This document shows, one piece after another, positions 48,101 through 56,650 of a DNA stretch of 64,000 nucleotides. The stretch lies in sequence record NC_048779.1; one strand, 5' to 3'. Position 1 is the stretch's first letter, and every line of letters begins with the position of its first letter. The notes under the pieces are model-generated. The model was not told the origin of the DNA. It ran no database searches and was given only the letters and a program-made list of their open reading frames with translations. The translations under genes and the position numbers were made by a program.

Positions 48101-49177
48101 GACCCTCGGGAAATCGCTCAGATGTTGGCGTTGACCGATTATGAAACAGGTGGTTACAAATCTACTGCTGAGAACATGCGTTACACTAACGCATCTCGAG
48201 CGCGTTCTATCTTCCGTAAATTGAAGAAGTTCAATATCCCACAAATACAGGACATCATTCGTCAAGGACCGGTGGCTTTCGCCAATGCCGTATACAACGG
48301 TTGGTTAGGAAACACTGACTCACCTAACGACGGTTGGTTGTACCGTGGACGTGGGTTGGTTCAATTAACGGGTAAAGATAATTACGAACGCGCAGCAGAA
48401 GACCTAGGGATTGATATTGTCAATAACCCTAGGTTGGTTTCTGAAGACCCAGAGGTCATGGCTAAGACTGCTATCTGGTTCCTAGAGAACTCACCACAAA
48501 TGCAGTCGATCAAACAACACGGAGACTTCACGTTCTCTGCACGTGGTTTGAATGGCGGTAAAGCTCTACCGGGAATGGACCGACGTGAACGTCTCTATCA
48601 AGAATACCTAAAAGGCATTCTTAACGGCGACCTCACAAAAGACCTACAACCAGTAGAGGATGAAAGTGGTGAGGATACACCTAACCTCCCAAGTGACGGT
48701 AAAGTTGATCGTGTTCCTGAACACTTACGACGTAAGATTGAGAAGGCCAGAGACAGAAAAGTCGGAGGCTTCGCATCAGCAGTACCTAAGGGTTCGTTGA
48801 TGAAAGAAGAACGTGCGTTAACGTCCCCTAAACCAGAACAACCTTACTCGTTAGATGATCAAACGTCTAAGGCAACGGCTGCGGTTAAAGCAACACGTAC
48901 CATGGACCCACCTCCATCGCTCGCTAGACCGGAACCAACTCCAACCGCACCTAAACCAGTTGGAGGAAGTAAAGAGGTCATTCAACAGCAAATCGACGAG
49001 AAACTGAAGGAGATCAGAGTAACCGCTGATGAACTGAAAGTGGACGTTTCGATGCGCCCAGAAACCGAAGCTATCTTAGCCGGTCAAATTAAGTTGCTGG
49101 AAGGCATACTAAATGCGATCAACGAAGGCAACAACAAAATAGACCGCAGAAGACAAGACTCGGTCATGATGTCCTAA
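42197..49177 (+). CDS. Tape-measure-like tail protein with C-terminal GH19 (chitinase/lysozyme-like) domain (phiKZ gp181 position), ~2326 aa
   Basis: Likely start MASESDYDW at 42197 (GAGG SD); Gly/Ala hydrophobic stretches; YETGG...YRGRGLVQLTGKDNY...WF...LNGG GH19 signature near 48100-48600. Confidence 0.85.
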   Translation: MASESDYDWGDDFLDGDMDFDFDFDGNKNQGFLKSVSKGFLSALKSNTVGDTDAKVKTLRRILPSSFGTTFDFYRELDRKKREAFKEFKENSSELMGDLAFLSGSLSTSLRDRLPNKIVDGLEEFSKKDFSDWEKPSDGIEDRFQMEAVEESEQQRMLDALEQQSIVHVESTDAITRVMSTVGSRQLSAGLQGNEQLFEVNANLQRLYQYQMKVHGQREAMKLNLMTRQYLTSAKYYKFMEASQHRLIREMKDIVKNTAMSDFEKTSVLQASKGRIRDNILRSTFSRTGGFGEAIGSLVSKDGINDGLGVLTQLVGDARFATEMSQDSGISTGELVGSMLGQFVVERGPEFFDTKMGRDLLNRVRSKYPDQAKLFDKTQKELRQFGDLLSYSTKAMGSVMGRHYQETGMMDQLPETYEEYLESLPADAKPMPKLLWQTVRKATGAAGTAFNLVGENYMESQGSVYQIKEKSLKSLKDNSVWSVHDSRSLTEEIPTLLSEIHHTLEKIRTGNDDVPKLRYDYRTSRATTTDHLNDQVQRIITPEWELNSYSDAAKSIVRDIDTKGELSESASNALAHRLAREADKGNVFNVYDYIGAQTDEYMDREQADEIEALIRRRFSITDDLVERTQESSLDGLMARLTVPTAEGQELLHRLSLRTDSLKNYTPNIAEKIDLVRSLGLDEGLKASGLVSVDPETNKEYINQELIWQQLQNKLAGKSPNASLNKSSNEPYPTRDDLSTIFRQNNNSVLDSFNLSNPSPLPLQEEVHGTLTNIMNAVVKIKENTSGLTSLPNFGDNGKGLAIDPLLELVKAGNMSLAEISQSQLEQISILKRLKSVSTVGVDPDTPSGEVTEEQRSEEREKRSLIDRLRAIVPADAFNQGIEALIANKPMVLGGLIGGLGMTAFSNPKAAALLAGGATVATLYGKLNSLAPKGQELKEDEDLYDENGEEILYASKKNAGDYYDQASKKVIRSWKDIKGTVIDISQGTSEVAASAKRLAGKVFGPDGREILLDGIHRLQSFVGKTFRAIDPMGKVRDAIDKVKTSVDQMDVYLKGDSEPVLTSRGFKNGWYFDEEGNEILGWRDILGPVFDQDGNMLVSTQDLNNGLLTIGGVSINKLTNIGNRIGSGIGKGAEWLRNNGREKLGSAILGQDVSINRNVPDRYEPITTRLDSIYSLIAGHWGLDTKMPGVEKVSPKVRNYMNNVGAGEHEDEKPTEGIRLNSLADKIRRKKEAKHAQFQDSVIDIAESLNPDDKEGKEKKEGGLLGRLLGFAGGGIFALMKQFFSLGIGGFKNLMKLNGTLTKGLFSLGKILSGALLGRRAKDSVGDLVDGMDGDGKDRRKGKGKRGRFGRFSKLGRMSNMAKFGVGGALMFGGDMAIDAARDGFDVEEGSTADKLLDAGSMGLNAAGWLATGSAVAGMAGTSLGGIAAASAPFLLNPITLGVAGAGLAGYAAYKYFTSSDLTIQQKLRMAQYGIDDQDEDLINTIIQLERHLQDYIQVSGTNTGFSRETPLERFIGPLIQARSSREGVRDTLHWFSARFKPVYLTYHAQFRKLNIVKFEDYDQLKNNTVALIAKKAHEEAAMFNPSPYRIQVWISDDTYAMSEEQTKAQVARYLNELKEEYDTVNLNSDKLSEDLTIDTVNSKIKKVEKAGMLESVWMRMTGDHNDQEKQKKLDTWFKKPEVIKGIDISDMLPGDKPVALITAFRLAAYGNEENMPWRVEAVLKLERWIEKYTSYSNGRSEFTGSVEEFWATFSTSFRVTSKRGRELAIRWFQYRFLPVWLAWHQVCRNQRGGDPSKVWMTLSATAQFRFAQQVTELKVMIDKRVKTLFSVDEAPFEGERSEGMTTRVKRLVQALEVKANQARLKDPDMEQRRTVRAPEGTDQSVYRLPDNLNINKPRNPQDISKQFGVEQPTPRDQITSDLSKVKVDTNRKLETDVTLKPGDDKGISLNKDQITKVLIQEMVKKGYDDPREIAQMLALTDYETGGYKSTAENMRYTNASRARSIFRKLKKFNIPQIQDIIRQGPVAFANAVYNGWLGNTDSPNDGWLYRGRGLVQLTGKDNYERAAEDLGIDIVNNPRLVSEDPEVMAKTAIWFLENSPQMQSIKQHGDFTFSARGLNGGKALPGMDRRERLYQEYLKGILNGDLTKDLQPVEDESGEDTPNLPSDGKVDRVPEHLRRKIEKARDRKVGGFASAVPKGSLMKEERALTSPKPEQPYSLDDQTSKATAAVKATRTMDPPPSLARPEPTPTAPKPVGGSKEVIQQQIDEKLKEIRVTADELKVDVSMRPETEAILAGQIKLLEGILNAINEGNNKIDRRRQDSVMMS

Positions 49178-49181
49178 ACCT

Positions 49182-49211
49182 TGGAGGGATTCGTCCCTCC
49201 ATCTTTTTTTT
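49182..49211 (+). terminator. Intrinsic terminator after tape-measure gene
   Basis: tggaggga-TTCG-tccctcca followed by T8. Confidence 0.85.
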
Positions 49212-49228
49212 ACTAAGGAGACTCAAAC

Positions 49229-51403
49229 ATGAGTGTAACTGTCACGGACCGCGACCTCATCAAAAAGTCGTTCCGTTTGATGGCGGCGGGTGTGGAGAAC
49301 GTCACCGTCAGAGATCACCTTAACAAAGATCTCTATTACAACTTCTTTTCTAGTTCACCGGGGGATAACCGTTACGTTAACCCATTACCTCAGTTTTCTC
49401 CAGCGGCAGACCCACGATTCACTCAATTCATGTCGTCCAAAGAAGGAGGGATGGGAACCCAATACAAACGAGTATTCGATGACAACGCATCGCTTGTTAC
49501 GATCACTCCCGGTGTACCTGAGTTCACTGGGTTGTTGACTTTCATCACAAACATGTTTGATCCCGTAGCCGCGGTAATGGCAAACAAAGGTCGTACTCCG
49601 GGATTCATGTTTTATGTTGGTCAAGCGGTCGGGACTATTGCGTTTGCCCCTATTCAGTTGATCTCTATCGGGACACAGTTTCTTTATTGGTTAACGAACA
49701 CCCCGAAAAACCAGTTCTATTACGTCAAGCCCGCAGTCGGACTTTACATGCAGTCGGCAAACAACTTGTTGAACGACATCATGGTTTCATTGGGAGCCAT
49801 CAAACCATTACTTCCAATGACTTACGACGATACCGCACCGGTAAACGGAATTGACCCTTCTTACAAAACCGCTTACCAAGAAGAAGTCGCAAGATTGTCT
49901 AAGACTTTCGGTGATGTGGTTAATGAAGACGGAACGATCGACTTAGCACGGATGATGACCCGGGGTGTGCGTAAGTTCCGTCATTTTGTTAAAGAGACAA
50001 AGAAACTCGATGACGCCGACATCAATTCACCAGATGAGAAACTGGATGCAATTGAAGACAAGATGAGAAACTTTCGACCGGGAGATGGCAACGCTTACGA
50101 CGTCCCTTTGAAAGACTTCTTGGATAAGGAATTGAATACCGTCGGTCGTATACGTGGGGATGGTACTGATGAACCGCATACCGCGGAACGTCACTCTGCT
50201 TACTTAGACAAAGATGCGTACGAAAGTGCCCGACCTCCAGAACCCCCAATTACGTCCCGTGGAGATGGGACTTTACCGGGACTTTACGGTAATCAAAACG
50301 TAACAGGTGATGTACCACCTAGTGTTAACAATTCATCAGGCGCACAATCCCCTTCTCACCCGGGTGATTCGGAGCGACCACCTTACACTGGAACAACTCC
50401 TAACATTTACCAAGTTAACCAAGAACAAGTGACCTACGAGGACAACACTCAAGATCGCAGTTGGATGGGAGACATAGTGGACTTGTTGGAGACTTCTTTG
50501 TACGGTGGCTTTGATGCGATCACTTTCCGCCATGAGCACAACGGCGCAGTGAGTGATTCGTTTAGTAACACTACGACGCAATCGCCGATGGCTGGTAAGT
50601 TCAACTCAGCGGTAAAATCAGTGAATGACTTCCGCTTCGATATGGCGGACTTACAAACAGGTATTTCACCGGTAGATGGTATCCTGAACATGGCACGTGA
50701 TGCAGTGGCAGGTATTTCTTCTTCTGCGGCTATTGTAAATATTCCGTTGGCGTTAACCAACAACACTCATATTAATATCCCAGAGCACTGGAGTGAGTCA
50801 TCAGCTAACCTACATCGTGAAACTTACAAGTTCGAGTTTAAGGCGACGTATGCAACACTGTACTCCCAAGTAACCACTATGTGGGCTCCGTTCTGCATGT
50901 TGTTACCATTGATCTTCCCTAACTCAGCGGGTGGTTCGGCTCAGACATCTCCTTTCTTATGTAAGGTGTTTTCTAAGGGCCGACAAGTTATTCGCACAGG
51001 GATGGTTGAATCAGCAACAATTCGTTTCGGTGATGGTGTGGGTGGTTGGACTAGAGACCGTAAGTGTTTGAACATCACCGTTGAGCTTACCTTCGTAGAT
51101 ATGGAGAAATACATTTCCCTCCCTATCACACGAGCTTCAGGGTTGTTGGCTTCGTTGACTAACCCTGCGGCAGCGGTATCCCGTATGTTAACCGATGTGG
51201 GTCCTTACAACGCATATCTGGCTCGTATTACAGGAACAGACTATCTCGATACTGTTCTGAGATGGAGCCAACTATCACGACGCTTAACCACTCAACAAGT
51301 CGCGTGGAAACAAAGTGTATCCCCGGGTAATATAGCGGGCATGGTAGCAGATTCGATCGTCGGTGATATCTCTAAGGTATTCGTAAGACCAATATCTCGA
51401 TAA
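49229..51403 (+). CDS. Virion structural (tail/baseplate) protein, phiKZ gp182-like, 724 aa
   Basis: AAGGAG SD; follows tape-measure gene; central Pro/Ser-rich linker. Confidence 0.7.
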   Translation: MSVTVTDRDLIKKSFRLMAAGVENVTVRDHLNKDLYYNFFSSSPGDNRYVNPLPQFSPAADPRFTQFMSSKEGGMGTQYKRVFDDNASLVTITPGVPEFTGLLTFITNMFDPVAAVMANKGRTPGFMFYVGQAVGTIAFAPIQLISIGTQFLYWLTNTPKNQFYYVKPAVGLYMQSANNLLNDIMVSLGAIKPLLPMTYDDTAPVNGIDPSYKTAYQEEVARLSKTFGDVVNEDGTIDLARMMTRGVRKFRHFVKETKKLDDADINSPDEKLDAIEDKMRNFRPGDGNAYDVPLKDFLDKELNTVGRIRGDGTDEPHTAERHSAYLDKDAYESARPPEPPITSRGDGTLPGLYGNQNVTGDVPPSVNNSSGAQSPSHPGDSERPPYTGTTPNIYQVNQEQVTYEDNTQDRSWMGDIVDLLETSLYGGFDAITFRHEHNGAVSDSFSNTTTQSPMAGKFNSAVKSVNDFRFDMADLQTGISPVDGILNMARDAVAGISSSAAIVNIPLALTNNTHINIPEHWSESSANLHRETYKFEFKATYATLYSQVTTMWAPFCMLLPLIFPNSAGGSAQTSPFLCKVFSKGRQVIRTGMVESATIRFGDGVGGWTRDRKCLNITVELTFVDMEKYISLPITRASGLLASLTNPAAAVSRMLTDVGPYNAYLARITGTDYLDTVLRWSQLSRRLTTQQVAWKQSVSPGNIAGMVADSIVGDISKVFVRPISR

Positions 51404-51420
51404 AAAAATAAAGTGTTGAT

Positions 51421-51450
51421 ACTCTCCTACTCCAAACGGAGTAGGAGAGT
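51421..51450. terminator. Bidirectional terminator (CTCCTACTCC family)
   Basis: Perfect 13-bp stem actctcctactcc-aaac-ggagtaggagagt between convergent genes. Confidence 0.85.
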
Positions 51451-51455
51451 ATTTA

Positions 51456-52592
51456 TTATAAATGTATTCTTGGGGTATCCGGGAAATGTTCAAAGAAAAC
51501 TTCAGAGGCAGGGAATTCCGTGAAAGTGCTCTTTAAAGAAACCAATACAGCTAGATCGTCTTGTAAGGATAATAACTTAACCGCATCTTTACTACAGCCG
51601 GTTCCGATCAACACGTTATATGCTTCACCGTGGACTGTATCGGTCTTATACCAGCTTACCCCATAAAGGTTCGTTAATACTTCCACAAGTTCATCAGAAA
51701 CACTTTGGTGTTCATGATAATAGACTTTACTATCCAAGTAATAGTTAGCTAGGAAATCTTGAGGTAACGTAGGGTAGTTGCGTTTTATCATCGGGTAAGT
51801 GTCTTCACCCAAAATACTCAACATTTCTTTCAGAGAGTTAAAGTCACCATTACGAATTACGTAACTGATGGCCTTGATCATCATTACCCGAGCTTTGCTT
51901 TCTGGTTTGATTTTTTCGAAGATTGGTCGGTATGATTCCACCATACCTGCTTGCGCTGCCGAATAAAGTTGCGTTTCATCAAACGAATCCTCCAACGCGG
52001 AATCTTTCACTTCTTCGTAAAGGTCGTAACCTCGCATGGCTAGCGAATAGATTAACCCTTCGGTTGTTCCATCCCGCCATCCATCTTTAAAACTTAACTC
52101 GTTCCCGTTTTTATCTAGGAGTGCACCACCATCGGGATCCGTTAACTGGGTGAATCGTTTAAACAACTCATCTCCAGCTTCTCCCTTAAATGCTTCTGTG
52201 TCCCCCAAGGAATAACCGAGTACATCGGACAACTCCGACATCACATGGTCTTTGTTGAGTTTTAATTGTCCTTCTTCTACTAACGCTAAATCACGTAGGT
52301 CATCTAAAGAAAGGTTTTCTGTTTTTTGCTGATACCCGTCACTTATCTGACCTAAAGTGTCGGACTTAAAACTATTAAGGGTTTTGTCTAAAGCACTGTT
52401 CTCAGGCTTTACTGTCTCCACCCCTTTGTTGTTATCCTTGGAGCTCGCGTCGATTGGGTTGGTCGCCTTCTTTCGAATTGAACTCACGTCGCCCGATATC
52501 TCACTCGATTTCTTGCTCACTGGATCGGTTGAGGACAATCCCTCAAACGGATCGAAGGAATCAAGTATATTCTCAAATTCACTCATAGTCAC
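51456..52592 (-). CDS. Hypothetical (probably virion) protein, 378 aa
   Basis: Long ORF; acidic low-complexity N-terminus. Confidence 0.6.
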   Translation of the reverse strand: MTMSEFENILDSFDPFEGLSSTDPVSKKSSEISGDVSSIRKKATNPIDASSKDNNKGVETVKPENSALDKTLNSFKSDTLGQISDGYQQKTENLSLDDLRDLALVEEGQLKLNKDHVMSELSDVLGYSLGDTEAFKGEAGDELFKRFTQLTDPDGGALLDKNGNELSFKDGWRDGTTEGLIYSLAMRGYDLYEEVKDSALEDSFDETQLYSAAQAGMVESYRPIFEKIKPESKARVMMIKAISYVIRNGDFNSLKEMLSILGEDTYPMIKRNYPTLPQDFLANYYLDSKVYYHEHQSVSDELVEVLTNLYGVSWYKTDTVHGEAYNVLIGTGCSKDAVKLLSLQDDLAVLVSLKSTFTEFPASEVFFEHFPDTPRIHL

Positions 52593-52621
52593 ACACCGTT
52601 AAAAAAATTAAGCATAAAATT

Positions 52622-52651
52622 CGCGGACGACCCCGTTAGGAGTCGTCCGCG
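52622..52651 (-). terminator. Intrinsic terminator
   Basis: cgcggacgac...gtcgtccgcg stem; T-rich tract at 52601-52621 on the minus strand. Confidence 0.75.
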
Positions 52652-52681
52652 TTCTTTCATTACGTAATGATTGAATCCATG

Positions 52682-53095
52682 TTATTTCGTGTTACGGGCG
52701 TTGTGCACACGTCCCGTCTCAGAAACTTTCACGGTTTTGCCATCTTCAGTCTCTACTTCTAGAGTTAAAGTGTATTTCTTAATTTGGAGTATACTCAACC
52801 CTGTGAGTAATTTAGGGAAAGTCATAGTGTCGTTCTTAAAATAAGCCGCTCGGATGTTTCCCATGAGTGTGTTGCGTTCCGATTTCATTTTAACCGGATC
52901 CTTCGTCGTTACCTCCCACTTCATGTATTCTTGTAGCAACAATACTAACTGGGAGACGTTTAGGTCCATCTTTCTGAGTAGAGCTCGGAACAAACGCGAT
53001 GGTGGATCTTTAAGGTCTCTGTCCTCCGTGTAGTTTTTGGTGATTGCGCTTAGGTCGAGTTTTTTATCGTTTGGATTTTTGGTTGGTTTGCTCAA
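52682..53095 (-). CDS. Basic hypothetical protein, 137 aa
   Basis: ORF overlapping upstream gene end; Lys-rich. Confidence 0.6.
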   Translation of the reverse strand: MSKPTKNPNDKKLDLSAITKNYTEDRDLKDPPSRLFRALLRKMDLNVSQLVLLLQEYMKWEVTTKDPVKMKSERNTLMGNIRAAYFKNDTMTFPKLLTGLSILQIKKYTLTLEVETEDGKTVKVSETGRVHNARNTK

Positions 53096-53678
53096 GGTCG
53101 ATACCTCTAGGTTGGGTGCTCAGTATCAAATCGATTAGTTCAACGTAGTCGCTGAGAACCTTCATGAATGCATTACTGAACACAAAGTTCTCTTGGCCCT
53201 TTGAAACCGGTTCGTCCCATAATCCGGGATGACCTTCTTGGTATCGTTCATAATGTAATCGCATTCCAATTTGACACCACACAGACATCGCTTGCATTAT
53301 GGTTTCAATGGATTCTTTATTAGAATACCAGTTCGAGACTGGCTTTTCTGTTTTACCTAACCCCATTACTTCTCGGTGGGCGATGATGCGTTCATAAGAA
53401 CCATCAAATGCTTCTGAGAGTAACAAAGAGAGTTTCTGAGAGGTCTTAGAATTAAAAGTGAATCTCAGGTCTCTTAACTTAGAAAAGTCCTCTACAAAGC
53501 TGTAGGGGAGCTCCTCTTGGAAATTGTATAGAACGAACAACAACTCATTAACGGTTGCCTGACTACTGGGCTTCAATAATTCCCGGATGCGTTCTAATTC
53601 TTCCCGCGCAGTTATTAGATTATACGGTGGTTTCTTTTTACGGAATAATCCTAGGAACCAACTTAACACCGACTGCAT
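53064..53678 (-). CDS. Hypothetical protein, 204 aa
   Basis: AAGGAGG SD; behind promoter at 53719. Confidence 0.7.
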   Translation of the reverse strand: MQSVLSWFLGLFRKKKPPYNLITAREELERIRELLKPSSQATVNELLFVLYNFQEELPYSFVEDFSKLRDLRFTFNSKTSQKLSLLLSEAFDGSYERIIAHREVMGLGKTEKPVSNWYSNKESIETIMQAMSVWCQIGMRLHYERYQEGHPGLWDEPVSKGQENFVFSNAFMKVLSDYVELIDLILSTQPRGIDLEQTNQKSKR

Positions 53679-53718
53679 TGTGTCCTCCTTTTGTTAATGT
53701 GGTAGTCCTACTACCCAA

Positions 53719-53741
53719 GTAATATAGGTTCGAAAATATTT
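53719..53741 (-). promoter_or_regulatory. Putative early promoter AAATATTTTCGAACCTATATTAC
   Basis: Contains TATATTAC, the published phiKZ early-promoter core; followed by a short hairpin (53701-53715) and strong SD. Confidence 0.7.
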
Positions 53742-54245
53742 ATGTCCAGCGAAGAGTATAAACCTTATCACGGGGACGCCTCTGAGGAAACAGTAAGAGG
53801 TATCCTCCAAGCCTTGTTCAAAGCGAATCAAAAAGACGAAGAAGACCCGTCCCAGAAAGCTCTGATTCAAGCCATTCAAAAACACCGTGGACTTATCCTT
53901 GATAACGCCACTGCCGCTTATTTAAAACGACCTAACGATCCAAAGTTATTGGATGCTCTGAACTCCCTTATTGGCGCACTTGAGAAATCAGTACGAGATG
54001 ACCGTAAAGAATCTGAACGTGCTAAAGATAAAGAAGAAAACCGTGCTAGCTTTAACCAGTTGATTGAAGCTATGAATACCATGAACCAAACAAACATCAC
54101 GATCCCAACTTGGGGAGAAGGTTCATTCATTATTAACATGGATGAAGGTCTCGATGAACTCTTAGATGACCAACCTAAGATCCGTGATGACGAGCTAGAA
54201 CAAGGTATTGCTTACTTAGATTTCGATGGTGAAAAAGTAGGTTAA
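53742..54245 (+). CDS. Hypothetical protein, 167 aa
   Basis: Acidic helical ORF ending at a terminator; no obvious SD. Confidence 0.65.
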   Translation: MSSEEYKPYHGDASEETVRGILQALFKANQKDEEDPSQKALIQAIQKHRGLILDNATAAYLKRPNDPKLLDALNSLIGALEKSVRDDRKESERAKDKEENRASFNQLIEAMNTMNQTNITIPTWGEGSFIINMDEGLDELLDDQPKIRDDELEQGIAYLDFDGEKVG

Positions 54246-54262
54246 AAAATTAAAATCAAAAG

Positions 54263-54294
54263 TATACTCCTACTCCCTGTGGAGTAGGAGTATA
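54263..54294. terminator. Bidirectional terminator (CTCCTACTCC family)
   Basis: 14-bp stem tatactcctactcc-ctgt-ggagtaggagtata between convergent genes. Confidence 0.85.
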
Positions 54295-54304
54295 TAATGG
54301 GTAT

Positions 54305-55039
54305 TCACTCATTTGATAAAGTCGCTTCCAAGCGTCTGGACTCTTCCGCACTCAACCCATCGTAAAACTTCAAAGGGAGGGGAACAACCGTCCATAACAC
54401 CGACCACAACAACCCGACTCGTTGTATTTGAGCCGTGGGACTAATGCCGAGTTCATCTGGTTCCTTCAGGAACACAGCTGGTATAAATAGCTTTGTATCA
54501 GGACTTGGACGTTGATCAAATGTTTTTGTGAATTCGGTATAAGCTTCACCCAACAAATGATAAATAAAGACGTGTGTAAAATTAGAGACGTAGGAACCAG
54601 TCACACTAGTAGTAGGACGATTGTCAAAATTCACAGTGCAGCGGTAACCAAGACTGCCTTCTAAGATTTTCTTTAAATCACTCAGCACTTCGTCCGGTAG
54701 ATCATAAGGTGCGGTTAATACCGTGATCTCAATACTCTCTATTCGAATAGGTTTACCAGTGAGTGCTTCCGCATCCACCACAACACTAAACAGACGCTTA
54801 AGTAATGGTGTTGGTCGAGATTTTACGATGGTAGCAATATCCCGGTTTTTAAAAGCATCTCGATAGCGATCCATAGTGATACCAAAAGGTTCGCGGTCGA
54901 ACTTATCCAGTACCCGCTTAAAATACAGATCACCGTAAACATTATCAAAGGTTTCTTTAACCGGCTCCAGTAAAACATCCAACGTACCTTGTCGAGTATC
55001 CAACACGCTATCTAAATCAGTTAAGATCTTAAATGCCAT
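54305..55039 (-). CDS. Conserved jumbo-phage protein with HAD-like motif I (DLDSVLD), phiKZ gp147-like, 244 aa
   Basis: N-terminal hhhDxD pattern; synteny next to gp149-like gene. Confidence 0.55.
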   Translation of the reverse strand: MAFKILTDLDSVLDTRQGTLDVLLEPVKETFDNVYGDLYFKRVLDKFDREPFGITMDRYRDAFKNRDIATIVKSRPTPLLKRLFSVVVDAEALTGKPIRIESIEITVLTAPYDLPDEVLSDLKKILEGSLGYRCTVNFDNRPTTSVTGSYVSNFTHVFIYHLLGEAYTEFTKTFDQRPSPDTKLFIPAVFLKEPDELGISPTAQIQRVGLLWSVLWTVVPLPLKFYDGLSAEESRRLEATLSNE

Positions 55040-55040
55040 G

Positions 55041-55553
55041 TTATTCCCCTTTCGCTGGAACTTGCCCTGAAGCCAACAACTCTTCTAACATCGGTTGGAA
55101 AGGTCCCAAGAGCGGATTGTGTTTACCCGGTTCATAAGTTTTAATGCGTGCTGAAACTTCTACCGCAAACACACGGTGTAAGAAACAAAAAACGTAGAGT
55201 GGGGTTTTTTCTTTGATGGTCATATCACCAAGTTTACCAAAATCACCCTGTAGCATCTCACACAACGTTTGGACTTCTTTTTCAAGCTTCCCAAAGTCTA
55301 CACGAGAAAGAACACGCATGGTGATCTCCATTAACTCAGTCGCGTTTAGTGAAGAGTGTTTACCTTCCAGCATTTGTGAGGTGATCTCTTCATAACCTTC
55401 TTCAAAAGAGAGTAAGGGTTTTATTTGGACTGCGCTGGTCAAAGCAAAGATGGTGTGGTGATCGTCATTATCACTTTCCAAGCTCCACTTCATGATTGCG
55501 AGTTCTAAACTCCAAACTTCCAACCAATTCTTAATTTCTGTAAACGGACTCAT
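55041..55553 (-). CDS. Hypothetical protein, 170 aa
   Basis: Tightly packed ORF in operon. Confidence 0.65.
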   Translation of the reverse strand: MSPFTEIKNWLEVWSLELAIMKWSLESDNDDHHTIFALTSAVQIKPLLSFEEGYEEITSQMLEGKHSSLNATELMEITMRVLSRVDFGKLEKEVQTLCEMLQGDFGKLGDMTIKEKTPLYVFCFLHRVFAVEVSARIKTYEPGKHNPLLGPFQPMLEELLASGQVPAKGE

Positions 55554-55554
55554 T

Positions 55555-56235
55555 TTAGCGTTCCCCTAGGTTGTTTTCTAGGTGTCGACCCATCATCAAT
55601 AGACCGGCGGTTTGTAAAGAGCGTACACCTGTACCACGTCGCAATGAACCTTCTACGGTTGCATGCCCGGTCTCTTGGATACCCTTACGGTACTCGTCCA
55701 GTGCGCCCAAGTCACCACCTTTCACGTCGTATTGTTCTTTAGCGATCAGATCCAAGCCAAGAGTTTTCAATACACGAACTTCAGGAATAGAAATACCAGT
55801 ACCACGAGAATCACCAAACACCTGACCAGTTAGGTCATCGATCTTAGTGTCGTCCTTCGCAGCACCAAACTTCTTCACCCACATCTGACGTTGTTTACGA
55901 GTTTCGGCAGTTCCAACCACGAACGTTTCTGGTGTCTCATATCGTAGACCGGTGTCTTGATCGTAGAACACCAAATGTTGTTCTGGTTCTAAACCACGAG
56001 CTCGGCTGAGTTCAACGATTTTGTCAAACACCGGATATTCGTCAGGGTTATGGTTATCCACCCAGATAGAGAGTTTACCACCCGCTTCCAGCTTCACTAT
56101 AAACTCTTCAAACTGGTCGTCAGTGAGCTTATCGAACAACGAACGATAAACCGTATAGTTGTAACCACCCTTAGTGATTTCTTTCATTAACGTAAGCCAG
56201 TATTTTTCAGCCTGCTTACGATTACGTTCTGCCAT
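55555..56235 (-). CDS. Virion RNA polymerase beta C-terminal subunit (phiKZ gp149-like), ~226 aa
   Basis: Likely start MAERNRKQ at 56235 (GAGG SD); LFD.L.D..FEE, R.Q.Q...KK, D.LTGQ..G.S....IS.PE, KGGD motifs. Confidence 0.8.
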   Translation of the reverse strand: MAERNRKQAEKYWLTLMKEITKGGYNYTVYRSLFDKLTDDQFEEFIVKLEAGGKLSIWVDNHNPDEYPVFDKIVELSRARGLEPEQHLVFYDQDTGLRYETPETFVVGTAETRKQRQMWVKKFGAAKDDTKIDDLTGQVFGDSRGTGISIPEVRVLKTLGLDLIAKEQYDVKGGDLGALDEYRKGIQETGHATVEGSLRRGTGVRSLQTAGLLMMGRHLENNLGER

Positions 56236-56236
56236 G

Positions 56237-56602
56237 TTATTTCCTCTCGTACTTATAGCGACGAATGGTAATACAACGTTCACTTAATGCAGAAGCCAAT
56301 GCTTCGATGTGAGCGTCGTGATCCATGATTGAAATGATGATTAATTCGTTAGTGCGATCGGCTAGGTTTTCGATGGTTTGAACAAAAGACGTTTTATTAC
56401 GATCTTCAATCTCTAAGACGTTGATCTCAGAATCGATGTTCCCCAAACCGTATTTACCGCTAACTGTGTTTAACTCACAATCAGTCCCTGTTCGACCAGC
56501 TACTACTTGTTTTAGCCGACTGACGTAATCCTCAGGGTTAGAACATAATTTGTCAAACCCAGAATCACAGATGATAAGGATGTTTTGTGTGTTCACTGAC
56601 AT
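56237..56602 (-). CDS. Hypothetical protein, 121 aa (Rossmann-like beta/alpha pattern)
   Basis: GGAG SD; in operon with gp149-like gene. Confidence 0.6.
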   Translation of the reverse strand: MSVNTQNILIICDSGFDKLCSNPEDYVSRLKQVVAGRTGTDCELNTVSGKYGLGNIDSEINVLEIEDRNKTSFVQTIENLADRTNELIIISIMDHDAHIEALASALSERCITIRRYKYERK

Positions 56603-56630
56603 TGTTGTTATTCTCCAAATTCTTAAAAAA

Positions 56631-56650
56631 GAGGGTGGCTAACCACCCCC
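56631..56650 (-). terminator. Intrinsic terminator after uvsX
   Basis: gagggtgg-ctaa-ccaccccc followed by T6 on the minus strand. Confidence 0.7.
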
